A stretch of 50,990 nucleotides of DNA, filler included, from Catajapyx aquilonaris (taxonomy: Eukaryota): assembly GCA_000934665.2 (NCBI GenBank). It is 2 parts of 2 records of this genome, joined end to end, with 100 filler letters (N's around TTAATTAATTAA, not from the genome) between each part and the next. Parts side by side here need not be neighbours in the genome. Positions count along the whole stretch, not along the records: positions 1 to 25,447 come from JYFJ02005362.1; 1 more part is not named here. One strand, 5' to 3'. Below are positions 1 to 11,031 of this stretch, piece after piece. The translations under genes were made by a program, and so were the position numbers. Every line of letters starts with the position of its first letter. Position 1 is the first letter of the stretch. Below the pieces are notes generated by a model. That model had not been told where the DNA came from and made no database searches. It saw nothing but the letters and a program-made list of their open reading frames with translations.

Positions 1-110
1 ACTGTTAAAATTTCACCCTGATTTTGTGGTGTGTCGCATACCCTACAGGATGAGTGGGATTTTCGAGGTGTAAAGATACTTCCTTGGGCGACTGTACCAA
101 TCATACTAAC

Positions 111-1611
111 ATGCAGGAGGGTCTTGTCATTCTCGTAATTGGTAAGTTGCTTCTGCAACTCAGCAACCTGCCCCAAGGCCCTGTGAAGAGGCTCCTTCAA
201 CGATGCGTTCTCCGCCTGAACCTCGTGGAGTGACTTCTCCACCCTTTCCTCCTGATGCTTCACATCCTCCAGTTGGTCCTTCAGGGTGTTGATCAGGGCC
301 AGATTGTTCAGGGTGATGTCGTTGTAGTAGTTCTTGATGTCAGCAAATGACTTCTCGTGGTTCTTCACCAGGATGGCCAACTGTTTCGCCTTACGCTCCT
401 CCACCTCCGCTAGCTCCAGTTTACGCTGGATGTCCAGCTCACTGCGCAGGGTCTGCACGCTCTTCACATACTTGCGGTCAAGGTCCGATATGCGCAGGTC
501 AAACTCCTCGCGCATCTTGTTGATGGTCTCTGCATTTTTCTAGATGACAAAATGTATGTAATAATTTTTAGCCACAAATAAAAATTACTGCATGACATTC
601 AATGTACATTATGACAATTCAGCATAAAAACAGCACACATCTTACCATTTTGAGTTCAAGGTCAATCTCTGCTGTGGCAAGCTCCATCTCCTTCAGCCTG
701 CGCTTCAGGTCGCACCGATCAATCCAGAGCTCCCTCTCTTGCAGGAAGTACTCATCCTGCGCTTGCTTGAGGGCCACCATGTTCTCCGCCTTGAGCTCAG
801 ACACACTGTTCTGCTGCTCAAATAGAAGGTGCTTCACTCTCTGCTTGTAGACCATGAGCTCAGCCTTATGTTGCTCCAGCTGCGCTCCAATCTCATGCTC
901 CTTGATCCGCAGCTTGGTCTGGCTATCCTCCAGCTGCGTGCGGGTCACCTCCCAAAAGGTATGAATCTTGTCCCGCTCCAGCTGGAAGAAGTTGCGTTCC
1001 TCCCTCTCTCGGTCCAGTTCTTCAATCAAGCGATACACCTGCTCCTCCAGCTGCTCACGGGTCATCATGTCCGTCGAGATCCCACCGATCACGGCGGGCT
1101 CCCGCTTCTTCTTCCCTCCTTTCCCCTTCCCTCCTTTCTTCGGCCCCTGGAATTAACAACAGGCTACGGTTAGACAGATAATATCTGCTAGGTTTATCAG
1201 AATTAATATGAGCAGAAATTACTTCATAACCTCACCAAGTATATATGGTTGAGTACACTGTAAACCATAAATTTAAAAAGTAGCTACCTTTAATATCTAC
1301 GCTGTAAACCACACACCATTACACGAGGATTACTACTGAGTCGCCCATGGAGCATCAGTTTTTAATGCTCTCGTAATTCTTTTGTAATGCTCTTGTAATT
1401 CTTTTGTAATGCCTTTTGTTGCTAAAATGCTCTTGTAATTCTTTTGTAATGCTTTTGTAATGCCTTTTGTTGCTAAAATGCTCTTTTGTGGCAATGTAAT
1501 GCACTTTTAGTAGTTTGCGGTTTACAGTGTACATATGATAGCTGTATGATCCTGCATTATTCCTTGAACCTTTTGCAACCCCAGTAAAAGTGAAAGTACA
1601 TATCTTACCAT
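111..1611 (-). CDS. GAS8: Growth arrest-specific 8 / dynein regulatory complex subunit 4; 5' part only, the gene continues past the window start
   Basis: Exons 1611-1609 (ATG alone, followed by GTAAG), 1146-646 and 539-111, all GT-AG. Translation GPKKGGKGK...ELDREREERNFFQLERDKIHTFWEVTR...VYKQRVKHLLFEQQN...FADIKNYYNDITLNNLALINTLK matches the remembered GAS8 sequence. Confidence 0.95.
1365..1487. repeat. Imperfect tandem repeat (ATGCTCTTGTAATTCTTTTGTA / ATGCCTTTTGTTGCTAAA units) in GAS8 intron 1
   Basis: Repeated 11-22 bp units read directly from the sequence. Confidence 0.85.
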
Positions 1612-1766
1612 TGTCACAGGCTGTAAATCTCCACCTGTTCCAAATCACAGTGGCTCACAAAAATTGGGGAAAACCAGGCCTAGAAGGAACAAAACCAATT
1701 AAAACAGAAGCCATTACACCTTCACCCCGATGTACTTACGTGAGGCCCAATAATGGAACAGTCACA

Positions 1767-1779
1767 GTTTCATGGCAAC
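1767..1779. promoter_or_regulatory. RFX X-box upstream of GAS8
   Basis: GTTTCATGGCAAC fits the X-box consensus GTYNYY-AT-RGNAAC. It lies ~160 bp upstream of the ATG of a motile-cilium gene. Confidence 0.7.
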
Positions 1780-2325
1780 TTGTCGCACCAACAATCGGGG
1801 CTGGACAATTGCAAAATCGATCAGAACGTGCCGAAGTTTGATCGATGGATCCGCGAGAGAATCGAACAATTTTTTGTCCGTCGCCATTTGCCGCCATTTG
1901 CCACAAGGTTGACGGCCCCCCATGTTCTAAAAAACCGCAATGTTATTTAACAAATCGGTGTAATTAAACACCGCGAGTTAATTAATAATTTATCGGGATT
2001 AACGAATCGGGAATTAAAACACGGTTGCCACAAAAAGGGCATTGTCAGCGTCCGCCCATCTGGCACCACTGCGCCGAGTGTAATTGCGATAAAATAAAAG
2101 ACGAGCTGTGGTCGGCCATTATTACTTTTCAATAAGTTGTGTTGTTGCAATGTCTACGTGTACCACCTTTTGTACTGTTTGTTGACTTCCATTCGCTGGC
2201 TTGCAACCCAGGTAGGGAACCACACAGCACACCGTACAGTGTGGGTTGGTTTAACTTATACATGTTGCTGTATTGTTGCAGGTTTTTGAGGGATCATTGT
2301 TGGAGAGTGAGCGAGAGAGAGAAGG

Positions 2326-4235
2326 ATGGGTGACATTGCGGAGTGGTTCAAGGGGATCCCAACCTTCACCCGCTACTGGTTTGGGCTGTCCGTGGGGGCC
2401 TCCCTGCTCGGGAAGGTCCGCCTGCTCAACCCTAGCTATCTCATACTCTACTACGAGGCACTCGTACACTCCTTTCAGGTGCGTCACGCAACATCAGGCG
2501 AAACTTGCATTCTTCCCGATCCAATCACTAATTTCCTCCTCATTCTAGTTCTGGCGGCCAGTAACGGCATTGTTTTACTATCCAATTACGCCAGGGACTG
2601 GGTTCCACTTCCTGGTCAACCTCTACTTCCTCTACAGCTATTCGCTACGACTGGAAACAGGTAAAGGACTCTCGGCTGTTGTGCCGATGTTCATTTTTAT
2701 ATACAGGGTGACTCTAAAGTCAGGATACATTGTATTGTTGGTTGTCAGTTGTGCCAACTACCAGATTGTTGCCATTAAGTAAAGGATGAGTTGGCACACT
2801 CGGCACTTGCAGTACTAACGTAAACCAACAATACAATCCAATTACCTATGTATCCAGACTTTAGAGTCACCCTGTAGAATTGTCTATTACCGTATTTGAT
2901 GGCATATAAAGGCCCATACACACAGGCCGTCAACGGTTTTGGTCTTTGGTCGCATTGATTGGTCCACGGCGGCGGCGTCAACACGACCAAAGACCAAAAC
3001 CGTCGACGGCCTGTGTGTATGGGCCTTAAGACACGCAAGACGCACCTCAATTTCAGAAGATTATATTCAAGGAAAAGAAACCGTTTTAAATATATTTTCA
3101 CATATAAGATGCATGTCGATTTTTTAAGCCACTTTTCGAGGATTAAAGCAAATTATGTGTGAATATTGAAAAGTGAGATGGAACTTAGGCATCCAGGGCA
3201 GGGCATGAAAGTTTGGGTACAATTTTAGTGTAGTCGTGTTTACAGGAAAAGTCGCTTGGACTACCTGTTAAATGACTGATTGGACTTTTATGATGTAACA
3301 AGAGCGGCTTTATTGCACCAGAAATATCTGTTAAAAGAACAGCTGCTTGAATAACTATTGTTGAGCAGTTGAGAAACACATGCACGAATAATCCCATTGT
3401 ACGTTTCCAGGCCTTTTTGATGGACGCCCTGCGGACTATTTCTTCATGTTGCTGTTCAACTGGATGTGTTGTGTGATTGTTGCCCTCTTGGCTGAGATTC
3501 CTGTGAGTCATATGATGTGCTTCTTTGTATTATTATTAATGCCATTCATTTTGAAAAATTCCAGCTTTTAATGGACCCGATGGTGATGAGTGTGTTGTAT
3601 GTGTGGTGTCAAGTGAATAAGGAAGTGATTGTCAACTTTTGGTTTGGAACCCAGTTCAAGGCCATGTATCTCCCATGGGTTCTACTTGTCTTCAACCTTG
3701 TAATCGCAGGAGGGTGAGTTTTTCCACGTATATCACTTGTGATATTCCGCTTTAATTTCTGTAATTGAAATTACCAAGGTAGATTGGTTATTAATAGTGC
3801 CTGCCTAAAACTGCGGTGCTTTAAAACAAGGGTCAGCTATATCAATTAAATGGTGTCAACAAGTTAGCGCTCTTCAAAAAATTAATTGCTGTCTGGACGC
3901 CATGGGTTTAATTTTCCAGGGGAATGATGGAGCTTGTTGGCATCCTCGTGGGCCATCTGTACCACTTCCTGATGTTCAAATATCCACAAGAATTTGGTGG
4001 GCCAAACCTCCTCTCGACTCCATCAATACTGTGAGTTGGCACGAGTTCAAATCCGTTTCTATTGCAGGGTGTCAAATAATAATAATCATTGTCCAACAGG
4101 TATCGTTGGTTTCCCAGTAGACGTGGAGGAACATCTGGATTTGGGCAGGCACCAGCTTCGCGGCGTCCGGATGTTCCGGGAGGAGGAGGAGGGAGATACA
4201 ACTGGGGTCAGGGTCATGTGCTGGGTCGGGACTGA
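2326..4235 (+). CDS. DERL1: Derlin-1 (ERAD rhomboid-like pseudoprotease)
   Basis: Exons 2326-2478, 2549-2660, 3411-3502, 3565-3713, 3920-4030 and 4100-4235 give a continuous frame. Motifs include FQFWRPVTA, FLYSYSLRLE, GRPADYFFML, FWFGTQFKAMYLPWVL, GILVGHLYHFL and a C-terminal SHP-box-like WGQGHVLG. Confidence 0.96.
2704..2874. mobile_element. Tc1/mariner-type MITE in Derlin intron 2
   Basis: Terminal inverted repeats CAGGGTGACTCTAAAGTC(A/T)GGATACAT (27 bp, 1 mismatch) plus a further internal IR (TTGTATTGTTGGTT). TA flanks both ends (2702-2703, 2875-2876). Confidence 0.85.
2910..3026. mobile_element. PIF/Harbinger (Tourist-like) MITE in Derlin intron 2
   Basis: Near-perfect hairpin with ~43-bp arms AGGCCCATACACACAGGCCGTC(A/G)ACGGTTTTGGTCTTTGGTCG. 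TAA target-site duplication at 2907-2909 and 3027-3029. Confidence 0.85.
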
Positions 4236-5662
4236 GTTTTTTTCTCGTTTTTTTGGGGAGGGGCAGGAGGGATGAGTGGCAATCAGAAAAATTTCCCTAC
4301 GACTAGGGATAAAAATTTGTGTTTGCATGCCTGTCTTTGTTAATTTCGTCTACGTGAGAGCCATAAGACCACAAGAACGATCCATCACACTTGTACAGAG
4401 ATATTTTATTTATCAATAAACACCGTACTTGTTTCTCAATACATTTTATTATTGCAATATTATTTACTGCAGAGAAAGGTGGAAACGTTGGGTGTTCTTC
4501 GTTTTTATAATACGGAGAATAACTCATATGAAATGTTTCCTTGAGATTTGACCAGTGCTATCAAAAACAGCATGTTGCATATTTTGTAACATGCATAAAA
4601 TTATGATGTTGCATCGTAATCGTTGTATCACTCTTGTAAGTATAAAGTACAGTGAGAGATGAAGTATTCGTGAAATGTGTACGCATATGGCAGATTGGAG
4701 ATCACAACATTACAATAAGTAATACATTCAAGAACAATATAATTTTGTACCATCAAAACACATTTTTCAAGACAGTACAATTAATACTGCAACCATATAC
4801 TTGGCAAACAACTTTTTTTGAGACTAATTTTTTCTGCTGCCAAAAAGGGAAGCTGCTAATCATTATGTACAACACAGAAGTACGTAACTGTTGACTATGA
4901 GCTTGACTAGTTCTCAGATATAATAATTCACATCTATTTTTTTAAATTACATAATGTCACCGGAATTATACATTTCACCACCAAAGATCTGTTTCAATGG
5001 GCAATATTGCCAGTTCTGTATAACAAAATATAAAATGTAAGACTACATTCTTATTGTAAATGATATAAAAAAATTCGGCCTGTGAAAAACAACCTAAGGC
5101 CTGTTTGCAATACTTGTGGCAATGAGATACAAGAGTCCTGCATAACTGTGAGATCAGCCCTCCAGCGCCATTAATCAGACGGTGGCTTAAAGCTCTTCGA
5201 TACTGTTATTCCTAATTCTTTGCACTTATAATTCCATTACAGTTGTAATTGCTTCATTTCCAATTACGTAATTGAGACTAGGTATGGAAATGCGACAGAT
5301 GCCACTTGTGTGTGGCAAAGCAAAAATATATAATTATATACTGTATATTTCATACTATTGTAGTGTGGCTTAGGTTAACAGAAAAATATCCTGTGTGTCA
5401 TTCATGAAATAATGTTGGTATTACATACTACCAAGGAAAGAAGCACCGAGTCAAGGCAGCCTCATACTTAGCAAAATGACCTTATCTACCAGTTCAGTAA
5501 CACCATAATATTCTACTGTCACATGCAACATTCAGGCAATCATTTGAACACCAAAACAGCCTGGTTTTCGCAACATTACAATCACGACTTGGTACACATG
5601 TGATGTAAAGTTACGATCCGTTCTGTATGGTGTCATATCCCCGCAGATCTTGCAATTGCACC

Positions 5663-7784
5663 TCATTTTACCTGCTTTTCACTTGGAATGGCCAGGACGT
5701 GCTCCTGGTCGGCCCTCCCTTTGGCAGCCATACTCCAAATGGATGCTCCGAGTGGGGCTCCCACTAGTGCTTTCTTGTGGTTCCCATCCGCTTTCCCTGT
5801 TAACCCTTGCTGACCTCCCAGGTGGAGCAGATCCCTCAAGTAGGAGAAGAGCTGCTCTCTTCTCAATTCCCGAGGGCAGTGCCTGGTGGCAGCCGCCTTC
5901 AGCTTCTCCCAGTAGGTGATCCGCTCCTTGTAGAATGCACCAAAGTTGATGTAGTCCGACTCCTGCCTGTAGAATCCAGCGCAGTGCCTCATCTCCTCAA
6001 GTGCCTCTTGGGACAGATACTGGTCGCGCACCACGCTGTAGGTCATCAACATGGGCCGACCATACTCCTGCGGGCGGCTCTCAGGAGGAGGCATCACCCA
6101 GTAGCTAGATATGCTTGACTCCAGGCTTTCTGACAATGAATTGTATGGAGCTGCGGAGAAAAAGAGCTGGATGATTCTGAAGTTCTGAAGGTAACGTAGC
6201 ATTACTCACAGCAAATGACTCCAATGCATGGTGTGTAACTTGCATCTGAGCTTCCCTTCATCTTGATCTGGTACTCCATCTGGGCATCGATATCTCTGAG
6301 AGTGGGTGTGGCTGCCGCTTGTGGATGACTGTGGTACCATCCAACAAGAGTAAGTCTCCTAGCTTCCACTGCTCTTGCAATGGCTGCCTCCACGGATGAG
6401 GTCGTCTCATGCCTCTCCCCAAGTCGGCAGAGACAAGGAAATGCCTGTGTGACGGCCAAGTTGTGCGCATTCACATCCCAGTGGCCAGCAAGGTATCCCA
6501 CCACTTCGGACTGGCTCAAGTGTGAGTGAAGATCCATCACTAGGAGAGAGCTCGATGTTAAGGAAACGGTGAACGGCTGGATCTTTCCCAGGGACGAGAA
6601 TGGAAGGCTCTCCACCAGCGTAGTTGCATCACTGGAATATTCCAACGTGTCTTAATGAAAAAATCTTCAGCGATATTCTTCAACTGGTATAGTAAGGTAT
6701 GACTTGAAAGGCATGTGGTTTGTTAATGATTTTTTAACTCACTGGTTGACATTTCGGTTCCCGAGTATGTGGTGTTTGACCGCTATCCTCTTCGGAGGCT
6801 CCTTTTTAGCAGGTGGTTCCTTATCCGAATCAGTTTCTTCCTCGCTTCCAGTCAAGGTAACCTTTGACTGACTTTCAACACCGCCCTCTCCACCAGCACC
6901 CTCATTCTCCTTGTTCTGGTTCAACCTCTTCTTCTTGAACCAGTGGGTCTTGTAGGCATCCAGCTTCTTCCCTTTGTACTTGACCGATGCCCATCCACAA
7001 CCTGACTTCTTGTCCGGGTTCACTATCTTCTTGCAGTAGATGGCCCAAGCACTGGGTGATCCAAACACCTGGGTTGTCTCCTGAGATTTTATTTTTCCAG
7101 AGGTAAGCAGGTCACCTATGAACTTCTGGCCCTAAGGAGAAATGTGGAATACTTTATAATGTTGAAGTATTAAACCAGGACTGCTTGCTGCAGCAGGGAA
7201 GTCCCTAGCGTAAGTGACATCTTGTTAGTCCCTACATTTTCCATGTACGATCTGGCTCAAACAATGAAAACCTGTTTGGTACATATAATTTTTGCTGTGT
7301 GCGTTGTCAAGAGGTTCCTTCTAAGCTACAAGTAAAGCTGCAAAATCCAAATGCAAATTACAAGGTAATCGATGCTCATGCTGCCTTCTCCCGGCTGCAG
7401 GATCCCTTCTCCAAGAAGCATCTGAAGGGTGACGGCTCTTCCGGTCGTGGTACCTCCCTTGATACGTCTATCAGGACTGCTTCCATCCAGGTCATCCAGC
7501 ATGACCTCGTCCTCAATATCCTCATCCCCATCCAGAATCTCATCTTCTTCCGCATCATCACCCGCATCTTCCCCTTGCACATCCATCTTCTCTGACGGCT
7601 CAGGCTTGATGGTGCTTGTCGAAGGGGTCAGCGCAAGAGCTGACGGCGGAGTAGGTATTTTTAAAGGAAAGGGAGCTGGCATCATCATTGAGGGAGGTGT
7701 TGGGATTATTATGGTGGGTGGCGGGGTGATGGGGAGGGAGTGCAGTTGCCCATTGGCTGCAGGCACTGCTTCTGGTTCACTCAT
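5663..7784 (-). CDS. MPND: MPN domain-containing protein (RAMA-like domain plus MPN/JAMM domain)
   Basis: Exons 7784-7362, 7131-6743, 6631-6210 and 6150-5663 (the 3' end could splice further at EKQ|GTAAAA). Motifs include LLGEGILQPG...FGSPSAWAIYCKKIVNPDKKSGCGWASVKYKG and EVVGYLAG...WYHSHP...RDIDAQMEYQ. Confidence 0.92.
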
Positions 7785-7918
7785 GGCCCCCACCACCTGT
7801 TCAGATGAAAGTGTAATCATCATTTTAAAATGTAGAAACTGGAAATGATGACAGTAACACAGAATTGACATAAATTAACTAATTAAAGTGCAATTACATT
7901 TATGTTCCCGGCAATGAG

Positions 7919-7969
7919 TAATTATACGCACCTTTTGCACTAATTATACGCACTTTTTACACTAATTAT
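7919..7969. repeat. 22-bp tandem repeat (TAATTATACGCACYTTTRCAC-like), ~2.3 copies
   Basis: Read directly from the sequence. Confidence 0.75.
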
Positions 7970-8189
7970 GAACTAAAAATGACATATTCAGTGTAATATG
8001 CAGCCCAGTGACGCCACTGGATTTGCCTCCCTTCTGGCTACAACATGCTAACTATCCCCATAATATGTTACTTATTCGACAGGCCAAACGTCCTGGAATC
8101 AGCCCAACTAAAAATCGGACCGGTACAGCCCAAATTAACATCAAAATTAGGAGAAGACATTTCACCTGCAGCAGAAGTTCACTCCTCAA

Positions 8190-8410
8190 AGGCGGCCATC
8201 TTTGAAAAACAAAAGAAGCCCCCCCACTATTGCCAACCAGTCTTAATATCCATTTAGAACATTTAAGTATGTACAAAACCGGTAAATTGCTCAGTACACA
8301 ATTATAGTCGACGGAATTAACTGCGAAGTTTAAACAATTGGGTGTATGTACTTGCTGTGATTGCGCAAGATTCTGTGTTGCATACCCTGCGTGAGGAGAC
8401 GCCATCTTTA
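8190..8410. promoter_or_regulatory. Divergent MPND / La promoter region with YY1/Pho-type motifs
   Basis: GGCGGCCATCTTT at ~8191 and GACGCCATCTTT at ~8398 (reverse of AAGATGGC) lie between head-to-head genes. Confidence 0.5.
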
Positions 8411-8600
8411 TTTGTCGCACGTGGTGTCGACTGAATCTGACGCCACATTTTTATTGCTTTCAAACTCGGTTGCTGTGACAGGTACGTCCATTTTCCTTCA
8501 GGTAAAACAGTGTTCCAATTGTGCCGGGTAGAAGCTAAAAGGCATTGGCACAATACTTACGGCATTGTGGTCACCTGGTGGTCATTTGCATTGTTGCAGG

Positions 8601-10264
8601 ATGGCTGAAGCTGAGAAGAACGTGCCAGCTGATGCTGAACCGAATGAGAAGGTAACACCAGCTGAAGCTGAGAAGAAAACACCGGCTGAAGCTAAGAAGA
8701 AAACACCGGCTGAAGCTGAGAAGGAAACACCGGCTGAAGCTGAGAAAACACCAGCTGAAGCTGAGAAGAAAACACCGGGTGAAGCTGAGAAGGCGGAGGC
8801 TAACGGTGCGACCAAAGCCGTATCAAGCGATGTAGAGAAGAAGATCATACGGCAGGTGGAAGTAAGTAGGGTACTTCAATTGCGTTAATTACACTTTCAT
8901 ACGTATGTGTTTATCCGCAGTACTATTTTGGCGATTGGAACCTTCCGCGTGATCGCTTCCTGCAAGAGCAACTTAAGATGGATGATGGCTGGATTCCTAT
9001 GGATGTGATGACTCGCTTTCAGAGGCTGGCCCAGCTATCGATGGATCACTCGGTGATTGCGTCGGCTTTGCGGAAGTCCACATCCGAGTTGGTCGAAGTA
9101 AGCGAGGATGGAACCAAGATTCGCCGCTCGCTTTTGAAGCCCGTGCCTGAAAACAGTGACGAGAGACGCAAGGAGCTGCAATTGCGTACTATCTACGTGA
9201 AAGGGTTTGATAAGGAAGCAAGTGTTTTAGACGAACTCATGGAGTACTTCAAGCAGTTTGGGACACTCGAGAACCTTCACATGCGCTCCTACAATGATAA
9301 GGCGACCAAGAAGCATTGCTTTAAGGGATCAGTATTTGCACTCTTCAACACGGAAAAGGAGGCGCAAGACTTCATGAAACTTGAGAGCGTTGAATACAAA
9401 GGGGAGAAGCTTATCTGCAAGTGGCAGTAAGTATAAAAACAGCCACATAATTTTCACAAGCAAGCCATTTAGGCCGCGATTTGCAAATTGTTCGCATGTA
9501 AATGCGGCCATACCATGTCAAAATGACAAACTCTTGTTGATAACAGGTTTTTAATGATGAAGCAAATTGTGCAACAACTGTCAGCGAGTACTGATCTACT
9601 GTCTCTTCCAGAGCGGACTACTTCGAGGAGAAGAGCAAGGAGAGAGCAGAAAACAGCAAGAAGAAAGGCAGCAAGGACAAGGGCAAGAGCAAGCAGGCAC
9701 AAAAGGCCAAGAAAAAGGATTCGGACACCACAATGGACGTGTCCGAGGAAGGAGCCAAGAAGGAAGAGACTGAAGAAGATGAGTTTCCACGTAACGCTGT
9801 TCTCTACATGTCTGGTTGCCCTCCGTCCCTGACCCGTGAGGACATTAAGGCAAAGTTTTTCGAGATGGGTACGGCTGTGGCCTACGTGGATTTCAAGCGA
9901 GGCGATGAGGTCGGCTGGATTAGGTTACAAGAGGCGAATAGTGCACCCGAGTTCATGAAGAAAATAGGGGAATCTGGAGTTCTGAAGCTGTGCGATGCTG
10001 ACGTCTCGCTCAGGGTCATTGAGGGGGAGGAAGAGACCAATTTCTTGCAGCGAGTAAAGGTCGACATGGAGAAGGTTAAGATGAAGACCAAGTTCAACAA
10101 GAGAGGAAGAAGAGGTTCGTATGTTTTCTGTGGTGGTTGAACACGAATGGCTTAAGCTTACCATGTCTCTTTCAGGTGGCCGTGGTGGCGGCTTCCGAGG
10201 AAAGAAGAGGAAAGGTGGATTCCAACATGGCGGCTCCCCAGCGAAGAAGGCGCATACAGACTGA
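8601..10264 (+). CDS. SSB: La protein (lupus La autoantigen): La motif, RRM1, RRM2/xRRM and basic tail
   Basis: Exons 8601-8861, 8921-9426, 9612-10114 and 10176-10264. Motifs include KIIRQVE|YYFGDWNLPRDRFL, DDGWIP, RTIYVKGF, FKGSVFALF, TREDIK and VAYVDFKRGDEVGWIRL. Confidence 0.95.
8655..8795 (+). repeat. Coding 24-bp minisatellite (TPAEAEKK, about 6 copies) in the La N-terminus
   Basis: ACACC(A/G)GCTGAAGCTGAGAAGAAA repeated, with one 21-bp unit. Confidence 0.93.
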
Positions 10265-10469
10265 AAACGTACAACAGTTGTTCAGTTAATTCCACTTATC
10301 TTTTTTGAACTTTTTCCTTTATTATATTTTTTGAAATATTTGTATGCAAGCCTTGGCACGTTATGTGACAGAAGGAATAGATGTGTTCTCATTTTGCGCT
10401 GTATCTGTAATTTCTCTGAAAAGAGATGAAAAATAAGAATGTGAATGACATGTAAATATTTTCGTCGTT

Positions 10470-10972
10470 TTAATAATGTGAGTGGTTCATATCGGCTACT
10501 GACCTGGAGTATGATGCGAATTGTTGAGCAGCGGTGTTGGCTTCAGAAAGTGCCTGAAAAAGCCTTTTTCTCTCGGTGGACTCATCTTGAAGTTGTTTTC
10601 TCAGTCCGGCCAGCTCTTCCTCGCACTTGAGGTGCACTCCACTTGTATCGTTTGCCCTGGAAACGACCACTTCATGGTGACTGGCAGCCCTTAACCTGAC
10701 GACCTCCCGATGAAGCTGATCTCTCTCCTGCTTTATCCTGGTCAAAGTCCCTTCAATCCCCAACACTCCGTCCTGAAGTGCCAGCCCGTCCTGAGTAGCT
10801 TTCTTGGCCACCGTTTCTAACCTCAGATGCTGACCCCTCAATTCCTCCATTTGCTTCACCAGCTGCTGCCTTGCATGCTCACCCTTCGAAGCCTCCGAGG
10901 TTGTCGTCTTGTTAAGATGAATCTGCTGCTCTACCCTAGCTTGGAGTTCCTTCACCTGCATTAAAATTGTTA

Positions 10973-11031
<59 letters not shown>

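Noticed and set aside
334..1173. Several plus-strand Ser/Leu-rich ORFs
   Set aside because: Antisense shadows of GAS8 coiled-coil exons.
7299..7848. Plus-strand ORFs of 98 and 139 aa
   Set aside because: Antisense to the low-complexity first coding exon of MPND.
8655..8795. Possible CRISPR-like repeat array
   Set aside because: Units are contiguous with no unique spacers, are in-frame coding, and lie in a eukaryotic gene.
8582..8848. Repetitive 88-aa minus-strand ORF (SASAGVFF repeats)
   Set aside because: Antisense shadow of the La coding minisatellite.
9554..9593. C/D-box snoRNA candidate in La intron 2 (ATGATGA...CTGA)
   Set aside because: Only ~40 nt long, no terminal stem, and the CTGA coincides with the likely branch point.
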